From Iphione sp. A-MEVVRFRX5 (taxonomy: Eukaryota), in assembly GCA_976226885.1 (NCBI GenBank), contig OZ320314.1, positions 41,168,001 to 41,232,000 of the forward strand: DNA of 64,000 nt. The letters are read 5' to 3'. Shown here piece by piece: positions 13,761 through 27,329 of the stretch; the first letter of the stretch is position 1, and each line of letters begins with the position of its first letter. The notes beneath the pieces were generated by a model. It saw only the letters and a list, made by a program, of their open reading frames with translations, was not told where the DNA came from and did not search any database. A program made the position numbers and the translations under genes.

Positions 13761-15949
13761 GAGAATAGGAAGTATAGGGCATTCTACCGAGTTCCTTGAA
13801 GCAAGCATTACCAGCAAATCACTAGAGACCAGAGGTCATGTATGCCATACTTAGGGGTAAGGGGCTCTGCCGCTACCCCAACTTTCTTTTCTCACTGAAA
13901 CTGATATGGCATCTTACATGCAGCATATACAGGTAGTGAGTATGGTTAAAGAACTGGATTTGAAGGGGTAATCAGAACTGAATAAATAAAAATAACAGAA
14001 GATATCCCAAAGTATAGCTAGGAGAGACAGGTGTGAAATCTGGGTTAATAACGGTAAACTAATTTCAAGCTGTATACTCTGGCACATAAAGATGGTTCAT
14101 GGGACACAAATAATATTACATTCATTCTACAAACTACGTACACACATTACATAACATTACATTCATCGTCATTGATCATTTGTTAAGAAGCTGTAGTAAT
14201 ATACTGGAACTTATACAACTTGTACGTTAATCCCAGTGAAAATAAAGAATAAAAAAAAAAAAAAGCGAATTCCTTAACCTTTCAGGAATTCAAGCATATA
14301 TGCAATACAATTTTATCTGGTAAACTTCATTTCTTCTACACTTATATCCATTCTTGGACAGTCCCCTGATGTTCACCTCCAGACACTCTGATAATCCAAC
14401 TTAGATGTTCTCTGTTAGGGAAATCCTGTATTTGGTGTGCGCCCCTACTAGTGCGAGACAAAATTAATAACAGAGATTAAGGAGAAGCCTTAGGTAAAAC
14501 GTACGACTTCCCTTGGCAATGCGTAGCGTATCCAGATATGGTAAGTTAGGGAGTGGGCGGTGGCAGGTTAAAGGTAAGGGGAAGCAGGCAGTAATCAAGA
14601 TGGACGTCGGGGCCGTTGTCACGGAGAGGTCAACTACTGTGATCAGTTGCCGCTTCTGGAAGCGTGTTTTATAAAGCACTGACCAAGACGTGTGCGGCCA
14701 GCAGATCTAACCCCACGCCGAGCCATGTACCAATAAATCGATCTATATCTGTATAGTAGAAGAAAAACACCTTTGTGGCGCTCAAGATAGGCTCTCATCT
14801 GCTGGTAGGAATAGATTAGTGTTTTTATTTCTATGTCTGTCTCTCATTGCACGGACAGCTTACAATCCTTTTAGTCCTTTTAATCATTTGGTAAAGAAGA
14901 CGTAAATTGGCAGCTTAAAATAAACACTTGGGGAGACTGATAATATCTTCAAGATATATATATTTTGATGTGATTGAGGTAATGGTGTACGTCAAGCGCA
15001 CGATGTCTACTACTGAAAGAGCTAAAGATGTACATGCATTGCGAAAATGTTAGAAGTCACTCAGCGTCATCAGATACGCACTGCGACGCCATTGGTCTAT
15101 ATGTCTGTATACAGATACCGGGGCTGTTCAAATCTACAGCCATAGATGAAGATATGTAAAAAACGGGGTTCCGTTCATCTTCTGTAGCACTTCAGCTAAA
15201 GGAAGGTATCTCTGACTTTGCCTTTGCGTTTCTTATCACATCGGCTCAGGGCTGTATGAGAGACTCCTCAGATGTCACGCTAAATCCGCCCTCTGTAATC
15301 TTCCTTGAGGAGTAAAAATCAATGGCGATCAAAAGACATGTAACTTGTGATTAAATGTACAAGGGAAGTTGAGAGGTTTCTCTTTTTCTGTCTGGAAAGG
15401 GAAGGGACATCTATCGCGAGGAAGTTAAGTATATGTGTTCCGTCTTGGCGGAATACTTGATTATAGGGTTTCACGACTGCCTTATCCGCGCCTGATGAGA
15501 ATAACCAATGAACAATGAGTGCTGGTCTCAAGTAAATCAAGTCTTATCGAAGCGAACAATATATCTAACTTTTCTTTTTGCCCGTAAAAAGGCCTCAGTG
15601 TAAAGAGATAAATGTTACCAACGTTACAGGAAAGTTGATATAATATCGATTAATGATCATAAACCTACAAATGTTTGTAGAGAACTCACTGTGCATTTTG
15701 TCACTGGAAAGGTGTATTTTGCATGTACACAAAAGAAAAATCATTCACTTTAAATGCCTCTGATGCTTGAGATAAACAGGCGCTTATGAGAAGTTTAATC
15801 AGAACTGAGCTACTTAACCTGGCTTAAGGCTTTATTTACATTCTGTAGCAGGTCACATGACCTATATGAGCTAGTGTTCCCAGGTACTGATAGAGGGAAG
15901 TATCTGCACTAATTAACCAGTTAAATTCAGCAGTACTGAGTGCAGCTGC

Positions 15950-16075
15950 ATGATGTGAATCCAGAAAATCTACGCTGATTGCCAAAGTTTTATTTATCGG
16001 CTTTCAATCTCTTAAAGTAACTCAAAGTTTCGTGTCGAAATCAAGTCAAGAAATATTTCATAAATCAATGAGTGT
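15950..16075 (+). mobile_element. Possible LINE RT relic (domain 0/1 region)
   Basis: DVNPENLR*L...LK*LKVSCRNQVKKYFIN resembles D...NYRPIS.L...SKVLEKVV..Q...YL..N. Confidence 0.25.
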
Positions 16076-17419
16076 CCTCAATAAACGTAAACTGTCAAGG
16101 GAGGATATGTCTAGTATACTGTTAATTCAAACCTTCTAGCAAAGTATGCATGCTCAAAGCCTGATAATGTCTTAAAATCAATTTAGGCTTACTGGAGGTT
16201 TCATACACTTATTTATAGTAATGAACTGGTAGTATAATTGCGTCCAAAATGATGGAGAACAGGAAATATCTGACTCTTTGAATTGTTGTGAGTCGTTTGT
16301 CGTGAGAGTTACTTACAGTGTGAGTCAGGATTCGAATGAGTTCGTTTGTGAATGGATCTGTTGTATCCATGTGATATAATATGTACGGGTCATTAGAGAG
16401 ACATATGAATGAAGTCACGTGTGTTGAAGCTAGATAGAAGACGTCTATGATATGTAAATATATGTAATTGTACCTGACCAATAGAAAATACTGTATAGTT
16501 ATATTGTCCATGTAGATTCCAGGAGTTTACATTCCACCGAGTTTACATTAGATCGCTCGATACACATCGCGCTTCCATCTGAGAAAGGCGTAGTACTTTC
16601 ATCCTCCTACTAGTAAGTCACACAGACAAGCTGTATGTACTCCACTCTTCACATTTCCAAAAGCGCCGTCAGTATGTAAAGTGTATGCAATACTGTCCAA
16701 AGTTGAACCTTTTATATGCATTTTAGCGGTGTTTTTTTCTTTATCCGCATGTCTGCTTTCTCCTTGCGCTTGTAGCCGGAGAGAAGCCCGGAAGAAAGAA
16801 ATGGGCTACACGTAATCTTCTTTGGTTTCAACCACAAGACGCCAACATGGCTTTTTGCCTAGGAAACAAAACCCAGCTGTACCCCATCTTTGTTATCAGT
16901 AGAAATTCGTTTTGGTGGTCTATGCAACACGATACGCTTCAATTTAATTTTTCATCTACGTGCAAACTCTCTATATGGACTAAGGCGAATGCACATAAAA
17001 ATGGCCATGTCTTTTCCTCTTTCCTATTATTTCATAAAAGGTATATATTCCGTTCTGAATCTTTTATGAGTTTGTTTCAGTGAACCAATTTCTTTGGTAT
17101 TCGGTTTCGATCGAATTCCTCTTTTACTTGCATTTTTTCCGTCCATGTCATTCATCAGCTCCGGCAGTAGACTCAAAGAATATATATATACATACATATA
17201 TATAAATGCATAACCAGACAAGTGGAAATCTCCCGCCGTTGCCACTCATTTCCCATCGGTAGTCTTTTTTTAGCGTTTCATTCCACCAAATTGGACCTGC
17301 CCTGGCAGCCCAGAATCCCCCAAGCCTTCTACCCTCCCAGCCAGCCCCACTCCCCACCTCCCACCACCTCCACCTCCCTTTCATCCGCCGCACAAGCCAC
17401 CCGGAGATACTATGGATTT

Positions 17420-17600
17420 CAAATACGTCACATGACGCTCCGACCTGCGCACGCGCACTGCGGCGTTTCCCCCGCCGCCGAACTAAATCCGATTTACGGA
17501 CGTGGAGCTTGGTAAATCTTCCGCTGCGCATGGGAGTGATCGATTGACTCGATAGGTCTATATCACTGCACAGGCACAGCAAGTGACTGCCGCATGATGG
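17420..17600. promoter_or_regulatory. Promoter-like CpG island
   Basis: CGTCACATGACG (17426-17437), NRF1-type TGCGCACGCGCA (17446-17457), inverted TAAATC-C-GATTTA (17484-17496); C-rich left flank and G/A-rich right flank. Confidence 0.4.
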
Positions 17601-18689
17601 TACAGACTACCTCCGACCGTATCCCGGAGGGAAAGGTTGGAGCGGGGGAAGAGGACGGGAAAATATGCGGTGGGAAATGGAGAGGTGAAGGAGGACGGAG
17701 GACGGGGACCGAGTGTTGAGAGATGGGAGTGAGGAGGGCAGACAGTGCTACCACGGAGGCCCACGGGAAGACCAAGAGGGCCTGGGGATGTCAGATAGAG
17801 GTATCTCACGTCGGGATGAGACAGAGATAGGAAGGATAGGAGGTCAGGACCGTGAAAGAACTCCCAGAGACGCTCCACTTACAAAGATGCCTAGCGAGGC
17901 CAGAACGTACCACGAATGAAGATAGTCATCTTTGAACTATTGTCATTTTAATCATAATAAGCTAGTTGTTGGTATTACATGTATTATCAATCAGCTGTCT
18001 GCCACTCAATCTAAGTAAAGATCATTAAGTTGTATGAGAATGATACGTTCTGGAAGAGTATGTATAGGAAGTTATTTGGCTTGACATATAGCAATCAGTT
18101 CGACCTTTTGTCGGAGCCAGTATTGTAAATTCGCACTAAAGCTTGCTCTCTGTCAAGATCTCAATGGCTAGAAGGTGCACTGAGATAGCCCCGGTGGATG
18201 GTAGGCTTTGCTGGGACCGTCATGTGAATGATCTCACGCCAGTCGAGAGCGGAAGCTTGGTCAGAGCAGTACCAGGTGGGAGATACATTTCCTGAAGCAT
18301 GGCTTGACATACTATTGTTTGGAGCTCGGCATGTTTCCAAAACCTATATGCTGCACGTAGTGTGGAGGCTAAGGCATCCCAATCCAGCGAGGTTCACATA
18401 TTTACTTGATGTAAATAAATTCCTCTATAGTTTGTTTATAAACAAAATATTATTTAGGGGTACACACTGGTGCTCCAATGCATTCAGCAATGTAATGAAT
18501 GGTGAGCTATTGAAGACATGAAGAAATTATCCAAACTTTTATTATGTCAAATTACATAGGATCTCATGCAACAAACAGTTGGACCCATCACCTACGAATC
18601 CACTACTACTTTCATTAAGTGTACCTTCATGAAATTTATCGCATAAAAAGCTATGACCTATGGACCAAATGGTGTATTGCATCAGTGTA

Positions 18690-18920
18690 TATCGCCTTAT
18701 ATTACATTACATTTAACATTCTATCCAACTAACGGCTAGTAGTTTGTCTTCTGTTTGTTTGATCTGCACAGTCGAAATCTACGTCATACATTACTATACC
18801 GATGGCAAACTCCTCAAGTAGCTGGTGATCAGTTTCCTCTGCAGGTAATTGCATGATTCGTTTCATCCAGAGGATTTCATGAAACTAAATTAGAATATGA
18901 TTCTTGTTTTAATCTAAGAC
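18690..18920 (+). mobile_element. Possible LINE RT relic (YADD region)
   Basis: IHYYTDGKLL at ~18787-18815 resembles H.YADDTQL; supporting context is weak. Confidence 0.2.
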
Positions 18921-21900
18921 ACCTATTCTCTGGGCCAATTTGCGTCCTCCGGTAAGGTTAAGCGGCCACTGTGCCACTTGGATGTACTCTGACAAGTTGT
19001 TATTCAATGAAGCCTGGGAGAGAACCCTGGAAGCAGGGCAACTCGGGGACTATCATGGCGAGCTTGTTACCAGGTACTTTCCTTGGGCTAAGCCATAAAA
19101 GCCTTATTTTAGTGCTAAACCCCATCTGACCAAGAGAGGTAACAACTGTGTTTTTTGTGGGAAGCTCTATCCACAATTAGCAAGTCACTATAACTTGCGT
19201 TATTACTCACCACCCACGTCAGTTAGCAGGAAAACCGGGCCAGGACATGCATAATGATGTAAGTAGTCTATCGGCTAATTGTTTGAAAATCTTATTTCTG
19301 AATTATGATGCATAATATTTTATCATAAAATTAAAGCAAGCAATTCATGAGGTTCTACCAGCTGATACATGAATATTCCATTTGCCATGCACACGGCAGA
19401 GGGCGCCTCCATATTAGCAGGTTTTGTTAAGCAGGCAGAGGAGTGTCTAAAAAACCATAGACATGTATGTAACTAAGAGGAAAGTCCTATTGATTCTAGC
19501 GACAATTTGTTTGCGCTCGTCGACCAGTCCGGCACATCTCGGCTGACTTCTCAGGAAACGAGTGCTGCTTATCATTCGATAAGCTGCTCTGGACTGCCTT
19601 ATATTTCCATATAATTATGTATGTTCCATGGCTGTTAAATCTTTTCTTCTCGCGGTGCTAACACTGCTGTCGAGAAGAAGTGCCTCGTCGAGACTTCCGT
19701 CAGGTACATACTGAACCGAAGCAAATATGCCTGTCTGCTTGGGGCGACCGGCACTAATTGGTTCATGAATAATTAAGGAACTGTCACATGGTAATATGAT
19801 TAAGCTACCCGCTGGTGTTGACTGTGCACTTTTCAAGGGGAGCTGGGGGCCTTTCTACTGGTTTGCTATGGGACATACATGGCGCTTATGGTGCGCTAGG
19901 AATTGTGTTCCCAACACAATCGTCGGAGATATCACGAAGCCCAGGCGCTTCCATTTGCTTTAATTATTCTCAGCTTTACTCGGAGTATACCAAGTCCCAT
20001 GAGAGAGCTCAGTTACCTCTTCCTCTAGGCTTTTCGTTCAATCCATCCTAATTCCCACGCCTGTTGCATTCAACCCCAACCTAAGCCCTTCTCGCCTTCC
20101 CACTCATTTACAGTGAGATCAAATGTTCCTTACTTTTATTAATATATTCGCCTTCATCCATCTATCCCCCTCTGGTTGCTTGAATATGGACCTATCATAT
20201 GTCCCTCACACCATCGTTCATTTGTCCTAGCGATACCTATCCCCCTGCAGTAATGAATTCCATAATTATTGGTAAAATGACCTTATTTGTTATAGGCCCA
20301 GCCACCTGCCAGAGTATATTTACACTGTCGGTCCATAAAGTCCCTCGTGGTGTAAGTCCAGGCCCCGACCCATCTCTCTCCGACCCACTACCTGCCTCCT
20401 CCCTGCGCAGCAGTCTTTTTTCTACTCGTCAATCCATACTTTGGTAAGGCTAACCTGACCTAAATTCAATTCAAAATGTCTCAAAATTATATTTTATACC
20501 ACGGTAACAGTTAAGTATAGAATAGATTGTCTATCTGGGGAACCAGTTTAATACAGATCTACTTCGTCGTAATGTCTCTTTCCATCAGTATGTTTGTACA
20601 GCCACACAGAAATTATCACTTGCTAATTTCCTTAATCAATAGAAAATTCCTTTCAAAGCTGTGTAAAGATACCCCGTAGTTTATTGAACATTGTGTGCTG
20701 ATGTGCCGTACGATAAAAAGAATGTAACTAGTAAGATCACCTGATGATAATATGACTTCATCAGATGAAAATTCGTGTTTGATCGAGCCATATAATCCGT
20801 CATTCCCATTCAGGGAGTCGTGGTAGGGAAAGAGGATTGGGTAACACATTTCTCGTTTTGTGCTTGCATAAATTTAGTTTATACCTGTAATAACCCCATC
20901 TGGTATTGAGTATGCTTTGTGGGGAGTTCCACACGATGATTTTAATATATCATTGAGCCAAGAACTATTGAGATTTATACCTTTAGCTAACAAAGGCAGA
21001 CAAGTAATAAGGCTTTCCATGTATATGGCTGATGGCCACCTTCAGAAGACGGGTTTAGCGACAGAATTGAGGTATGAGTCTAAGGTTTAGACATGATATG
21101 CCAAGGCCCGAAGCCCGCAGACTCATACCGAAATGAAGCCGTTAAACTCAGTTCTGAAATGGTTTTGACTGAAACTAGCCTTTTCAAAGCATTAATTTAT
21201 CCATATTTTCACTTTTTCAAAGTGTGTCATGCTGAACCATTTTAGAACTGCTGACCCGATGCCCTGGCTAAATCAATGTCCACTTAGTGGAGAGCTCAGT
21301 TTGAAATGCAACTGAATAGACCGTTTAAAGGGAAACTAAGTCAGAAATGATTGAAATACAAGTATCTTAATGGTTGAAATGATACTAACATTTTCCGGTG
21401 TTTAAATTCTCCATATTGTGTCCTTTTGGAAAGGTTTTGACTTGGAGGAGACATGTTTACATATTCCACCATTTTGAATGAATGCAGTGTGTATGCTTGA
21501 CATAGTTTTCGAATCTGGGCCGTGATTAGTCCCTGGTTTCAATACGTTTCTTAGACATTGAAAGTATAGGAGAACCATTTTAGAAAACCAAGTAAACTGG
21601 AAAAGACTTCTAATGTACCCAAGGAGTCTTTACTTGAAGGTAATACCATTGGATCGATTGTGAGTAATTGGCATATCATGTATCCGTTTTAGCAGTCACA
21701 TCGAAATGTCATGGCTAAATACTAGTACAAACAGATTTGTTGACAATGACAGCTGCTAAGGGATGAAATTGCCAACTTACGAAATAGCCGTTTAAGTGGA
21801 TGGCATATACGAAAAGAATTGTGAGCCCATATGGCATTCACGCAGTAGCTTCAACTTGATATGTCACTGACACAGTATATTGAAATACTATGAACAGATC

Positions 21901-24594
21901 CTCGAAACTTTTGTCATACTAAAAAGAGCATGGAAAGGAACAATTACCTAACAGAACCCTGTATTCTCTCAAACTAACTCTGGCCTGTGTGTCATTGCCG
22001 TATTTTACGTACTCTCCGTCCCGCTCTCACCCATCGCTTCCTTCCTTACATTGATAACTATCCGTTTAAGCAGAGAGGCAACTTTGTATCATAGGTTCAC
22101 TATAATTCAGTTATGAAAAGACACATCCTCCTCCGTACAGTGACAAAACAATTAAAGCGTGTTTAAATCTCAGCTGTCCGAAATCGTGGTTCGCAAATAC
22201 AACTGACGGCTCTTACTAACAATTCAATCCTGAGATTGTTTTCAGAAAAACAGGTTTTAAGAAAGTCTTTCATCCCATGTTTCAGTTATCTTAATTTAAA
22301 CAAAGACCGAAAGGTCTTAGAGGATATCCTTGCAATGCCTATTTCCGTATTTAGTAATGAAACAATAGATAATCAGAGAAGAGGTCCACAGAAAGAAGGA
22401 TACAGCCACTAATGTTTAGTATTACCATTTCGAATAAATTACCTTCGAGAATATGCCAAATACTGTTTATTTTACCTATACATTGAACTGATGCTAGATA
22501 TTTAACAGACCAAATGTGCATCTTTCTATCGTCATATACATACGCATAGGACGTGTGAATTAAGAATATACAGTCATTTACTTAGATATATATGTATGCA
22601 GATATGACCTATCAAGAGAAAACCTATTTTCCTGTGACGACAGCCAATCTATTTTGAACCGCTTGTTCTGTCCGTAAATAGGGAATGATTAAATGCTATG
22701 AGCCAATTACCCTTTGCTGCCAGTGTGGTCAGGCACTTGTAAGTCCTGTAGAAACGCTTGCTGATGCACCTACTGCATAGGCATATCATTTGAAAGAGGT
22801 TCGCTAGACAGGTAAGAAGAGAACAATAATTGTCACCAGATTCATTAAACGGTGCTACGTTAAGTGCAGAAGGACCATCAATAGCCAGGAGGCATCGTCA
22901 AGGTATACAACTGTGTTGGAAAAAGCAAATACCTACAGGAGAATTTCTAGAGTGATATTCTTATCTGTTTCTCTTGCTGATACATTCTTCAAATCTCCTA
23001 GGGTAGGACGTCTCATCGAGTTTCATCTTTCCATGTTTTCTACGGTGATATAATACTGAATCCACAGGACTCCTTAAGTTTTTTTAATGCAGACTGTACT
23101 TTATAGAATTATAAATGAGCTCCTAAAGGACGCAAGGGTATACATTCAGTACCACTCTTTCGATCACTACGAGCAGGGCTCCTACACCTGCCTTTTCTGT
23201 TTGCTGTTGTAGATCATTTATTCCCTCCGAGACTGCAAACGTAATGACCTACATGGGTATTGAGTCGCCTTTGTACACTGGTCAAGAAAGCCCATTCAAC
23301 AGAGAGCCGAAAAAAGGGCGGGGGGGGGGGTCCCCATGAATCATCACCTCGAGCTACTATTATCATCATCACCATGGAAACGTATTGCTGACAGACTGTT
23401 CCGGCGAAAAGGAAAAAAAACCGCATCACCAGCTCTTTGAAATTCATTTCCATCTTGGGTGATTCCAGAGCTCGGTGGTTTCATGGGTACTGTCGGCGGG
23501 AGCGGAAAACCCGACGGCTACGTCTGTTCATAACCTATTTATGCCTGTGTGTTGCTGAATAACTGGCCCCCGCCCTCAATCATCGACGCCTCCACTCCAG
23601 GCGGCTAAATTAATATACAAAAAAGGACCTGGAATGGAAACCCTCCAACGGCAACTCAGCAAAGCCGGATGAAAGTCCATTTCCATATGTATCAAGTGGC
23701 AAATTATTCCATTGATGATCGGAGGGATGATAATAAGTCCAGATTTAAGTAACAGATTTAAGAAAAGATGTTGATAATCATAATCAAATGATAGTCCTTT
23801 AAGTGAGTCCTTTTTCTTTCTGAAGGAGTAGATTTCTCTAATTACGCGTTATTAATAGCAAACATGACTTGGTAACGTGGTTGTTTATTCCCTTGCTTGT
23901 TTTGGAAGGCAGATGACAATTGTTCCCAAATGGAGGGAAATGGCGGGAATGTTTATCGGTTGTGGCTTGGAGCGCCCACCAATGAGACAGCCCAGACGTC
24001 GGGACACAACAATGGGCCACTAGAGGCCGGAAGGCATCTATCAAAATGGATGGCTGAACACTCTTTACGTTCTTCTTTCCCGGTCTCTATTTCCGGTTCC
24101 TTACGCACCTTCAACTTTTCTCTGCCTCACCGCCTTACATTCTATACACTTCATTCACTAAGTATGTTCAATTCTTTTTTATGCGAACGTTTTCAAACCC
24201 TTTTATAAGATTTGTTTAAATCTGAAAACATACATGCTACGGAGAATTCCATCAATTCTCCTGTGCTCTCCTTTTCTTCCATATGTAATCATGTTATTTC
24301 TCTGTTCCCGTTCCCCTGCTTATTACTATTCTATGTACTTTAAATTACGGTCCCCTCCCCATATCTGTATAGGTGTACTTATCTCTTTCCCCTGCCTGGT
24401 CCCAGCCCGTCTCCTTCCCCTTACGTAGGCATTCTTTCCATGCTCTTTCCACGTAGGCGTTTCTGTAATACTCACTCTCCCTCTGTCCTCTCTTTCATTA
24501 CCCGCCTCCTCCCTCCGGAGTCCTCATTCTGCAGGCTACGAAAAGTCCCTCTGATCGTGACAAATCTCCTGCCAGAACATCGAGCATTTGGGAC

Positions 24595-24680
24595 AGCGGT
24601 CACTTCCGGTGCACACAAAGTCGCCATGACAGATAGAGCAGGAGTGCTTTGCGCACCGGCACCAGATGGAGAAAAACACA
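24595..24680. promoter_or_regulatory. Promoter/enhancer-like core
   Basis: ETS CACTTCCGGT (24601-24610) and X-box-like GTCGCCATGACAG (24620-24632), lying between a long pyrimidine-rich left flank and a purine-rich right flank. Confidence 0.35.
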
Positions 24681-26074
24681 TATCATTCGCATAGTAAGAA
24701 TGGGTACAGCGTGTGTTCGTTGGAGAGGTTGGGTAGGCTAGGTGGTAAAATGGAGAGAAAAGGTCTCTGAACAGCACATTTGTCCTGGAGACGGGCCAGG
24801 AGAGAGGGATGGATCTTTGCCCGAACGTATGTGTTAATGCTGAGCGATTATAAAATTAAAAATAAGCAGGGTAATGAGCAGTGGGGAGGAGCGGGTGAAG
24901 CGAGATCGTGTGGCTGTTGGATGGGTCAGACATATGTCGATGATGAAGCACTAGTAGACAAGGTCAGAAAGCTCCTGCATGATGGTTGGACGCCATGGCC
25001 GGAGGAAAGGAATGGGTGAACGGAATATGTTGGATGAGTTCTAGGATATAGGGACATTACTGCTCACGATAAGAGGGTCATATAGAATGGATGTTGAAGG
25101 ATGAAACCTGGGATCGGGGGCTTTGGTAGGTAAGGTAGGTGATGGGCGAGAGAGGGAGGGAGGGCGGGACCGCGGGAGCGATAGGCCGTGAATATAGGCA
25201 ACTGAGTGAGAGAAATAACTGGAAGAGTGATTCTATTTGTAATGGCCGTCGAAGTAGAGACGGGAATATATCCTGGAGATCTATGTGTCTCTGGGAAGTG
25301 GCCAGTGATATAACAATTCCGCAGTAGTAGTGTGCATGGTAGTTAGAGCTGACTTGATTCTATGGAGAGCAAATACAATCGGAGAAACACAACCCCTTGT
25401 GTGTGAGAGGGTCCCAGAGAACGCGGAAAGGGTGGTTTAGGGGGGTTCGTAGAGAGGACGTCATCAGGATGTCCATGGGAGTCCGTCTGATAAGAACACG
25501 GTCGCAAGGGTGCAGGCTACCATGACAACCGTGCCGCGCTGTCCGCTGACATCGGCATCAGCGGCTGCTGACAAGGCGACGCCGGGCCCTCGCTGCTCCA
25601 TCTCACACAGGAGGGACCCCTGACAGGGCTGAGCCGGCGGCAAGCTGATGGATGGGGGTGAAAGCTTGGAGGAGGGGCTCGAGCTGCCCTACCCCCCATC
25701 GGCTTCCCGCCCGTGCACACACTCCCTCACCAAGCTTTCGCCCCCAAATCTAAACCGTCTACTACCTCTACCACCACCCCCACTACCACCCTCTTGTACT
25801 CTTGCAAGGCATCCAACCTCACACCCAACCTCACACTCATCCCCCGTCCCGACGTCCATTTAGGGTGGACAACTGTTCGCGGGCTCTGCTGCAATGCGCT
25901 CTCATCCAAATCTTTCGCTGGCAGCAGGCTCAACTGTTGCTGGGAGCGGCCAAAGGGTCAGTTATGTGATGCGACGACTGGCAAGAACCCGCCCCCCAAA
26001 GCGGGCAAGACGGATGGGACAGCTGCATGGCCTTTGGCCCACCGCTCCAGGACCAATACACACACACTGACGCC

Positions 26075-26240
26075 TTGGGTAGAAGTAGAGGTAGTTGTGG
26101 AGGATGTTGAAGTTGCTGGTTGCTTGTGAATAGGGGGCATTAGTCGTTGTGTAGATGGTGGAGGGTGTTGTTGGTTGCTTGTGGAGGAGGGGAGTGGTTG
26201 TTGCAGAGGTAGATATAGATGTTGCTAGTTGCCTAATTGC
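26075..26240. repeat. Degenerate GT/GA-rich low-complexity repeat
   Basis: Recurrent GTAGAGG...GTTGCTGGTTGCTTGTG / GTTGTTGGTTGCTTGTG / GTTGCTAGTTGCC blocks. Confidence 0.55.
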
Positions 26241-26667
26241 TGAGAAGAGTAGTGCTTGACAGTGTTTGGTTGCGGACAGCGTAGGTCATTTTGGTTGTTG
26301 ATGCGCAGGCATAAGACGTTGCATTTTATTTGACCGATGACGGTGATTCGAAGCACATGGCAGGAAATCCTAAGCATTTAAAAAGATGCTTTGTGACATT
26401 CAATTAGTATGGTGATGATAAAGAACTTAAGCCCAGTTTCCCTACATATAGGTTGATGTCCATGTGCATTTGTGTGCATTAAGTGTGCATTTGCATGTGT
26501 TGTTTTAAATCAGTGGTATCCAGTGGAGGGTGCCAAATGTGTCTGTCTGCATTTGTGTGTGTTTTGCATCCATTGACCATTAACGGTCCTTGACCAATAA
26601 TTTAATGTACATGAACAGCAAACAGACAGTAGTATAGGCCAGGTGGACTTTAGAGAAGGCACCTATA

Positions 26668-26830
26668 CCACACATTACCACACATTACTGCACAATTTAC
26701 CATTTTCCACACTTCTTCCCTGACATTTGCCACAACCTCCATGTGATAATCATTTTTCTGCACTTTCTCCATGAAATTTGCCACAATCTCCATGTAATAG
26801 TCATTTTTTCCACACTTTCTCCCAGAAATT
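26668..26830. repeat. 10-bp tandem (CCACACATTA x~3) followed by ~50-bp tandem x~2.6
   Basis: Units start at 26701, 26751 and 26802: CATTTT..CACTT..CC..GA.ATTTGCCACAA.CTCCATGT.ATA.T. Confidence 0.8.
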
Positions 26831-27329
26831 CTCTTTTTTTATACATCTATCAAAGAGCTATCATAGATTTGAAGCATCATTAACACACTGTCAATAGACA
26901 CGCCTATCCGTGTGGCTGCATGACTGCAAAATCTATGAAAATGCATGTTAACACGCACAGGTACCAAATCTCATGTATACCAACGCAGGTATGGAATCCG
27001 GTCCTCATGTATTTAACTAACCATTAATACTCTACGCATTTATGTCAGTTGGCTGTGTGTGGTCTGTTAATATGCTTGTATATTCGTATGACAGAGCAGT
27101 TATCCTCTTTGGTGAAATGTACGTCTAGTCCTAGGTAAATAGTGCCAGAATCATGTGCCTTTCCTCACATCAGTTTAGATTCCTTTTCCGTGTCACACAA
27201 CCAGAAATCGGAATCTGGCCAGTTAATATTTTTTGGTGGCAGACCGGTCTGAACTTTCGGAGAAGAGGTAGCAGCAATGGAAAAAACGTAGGGCCAATCT
27301 GACTTGAAATCCTCGGTTTGGGTATGGAA

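Noticed and set aside
20200-22950. AT-rich stretch with faint L1/Tx1- and RTE-like peptide echoes
   Set aside because: Motifs are too degraded and inconsistent in strand to assign boundaries or family by eye; needs an HMM search.
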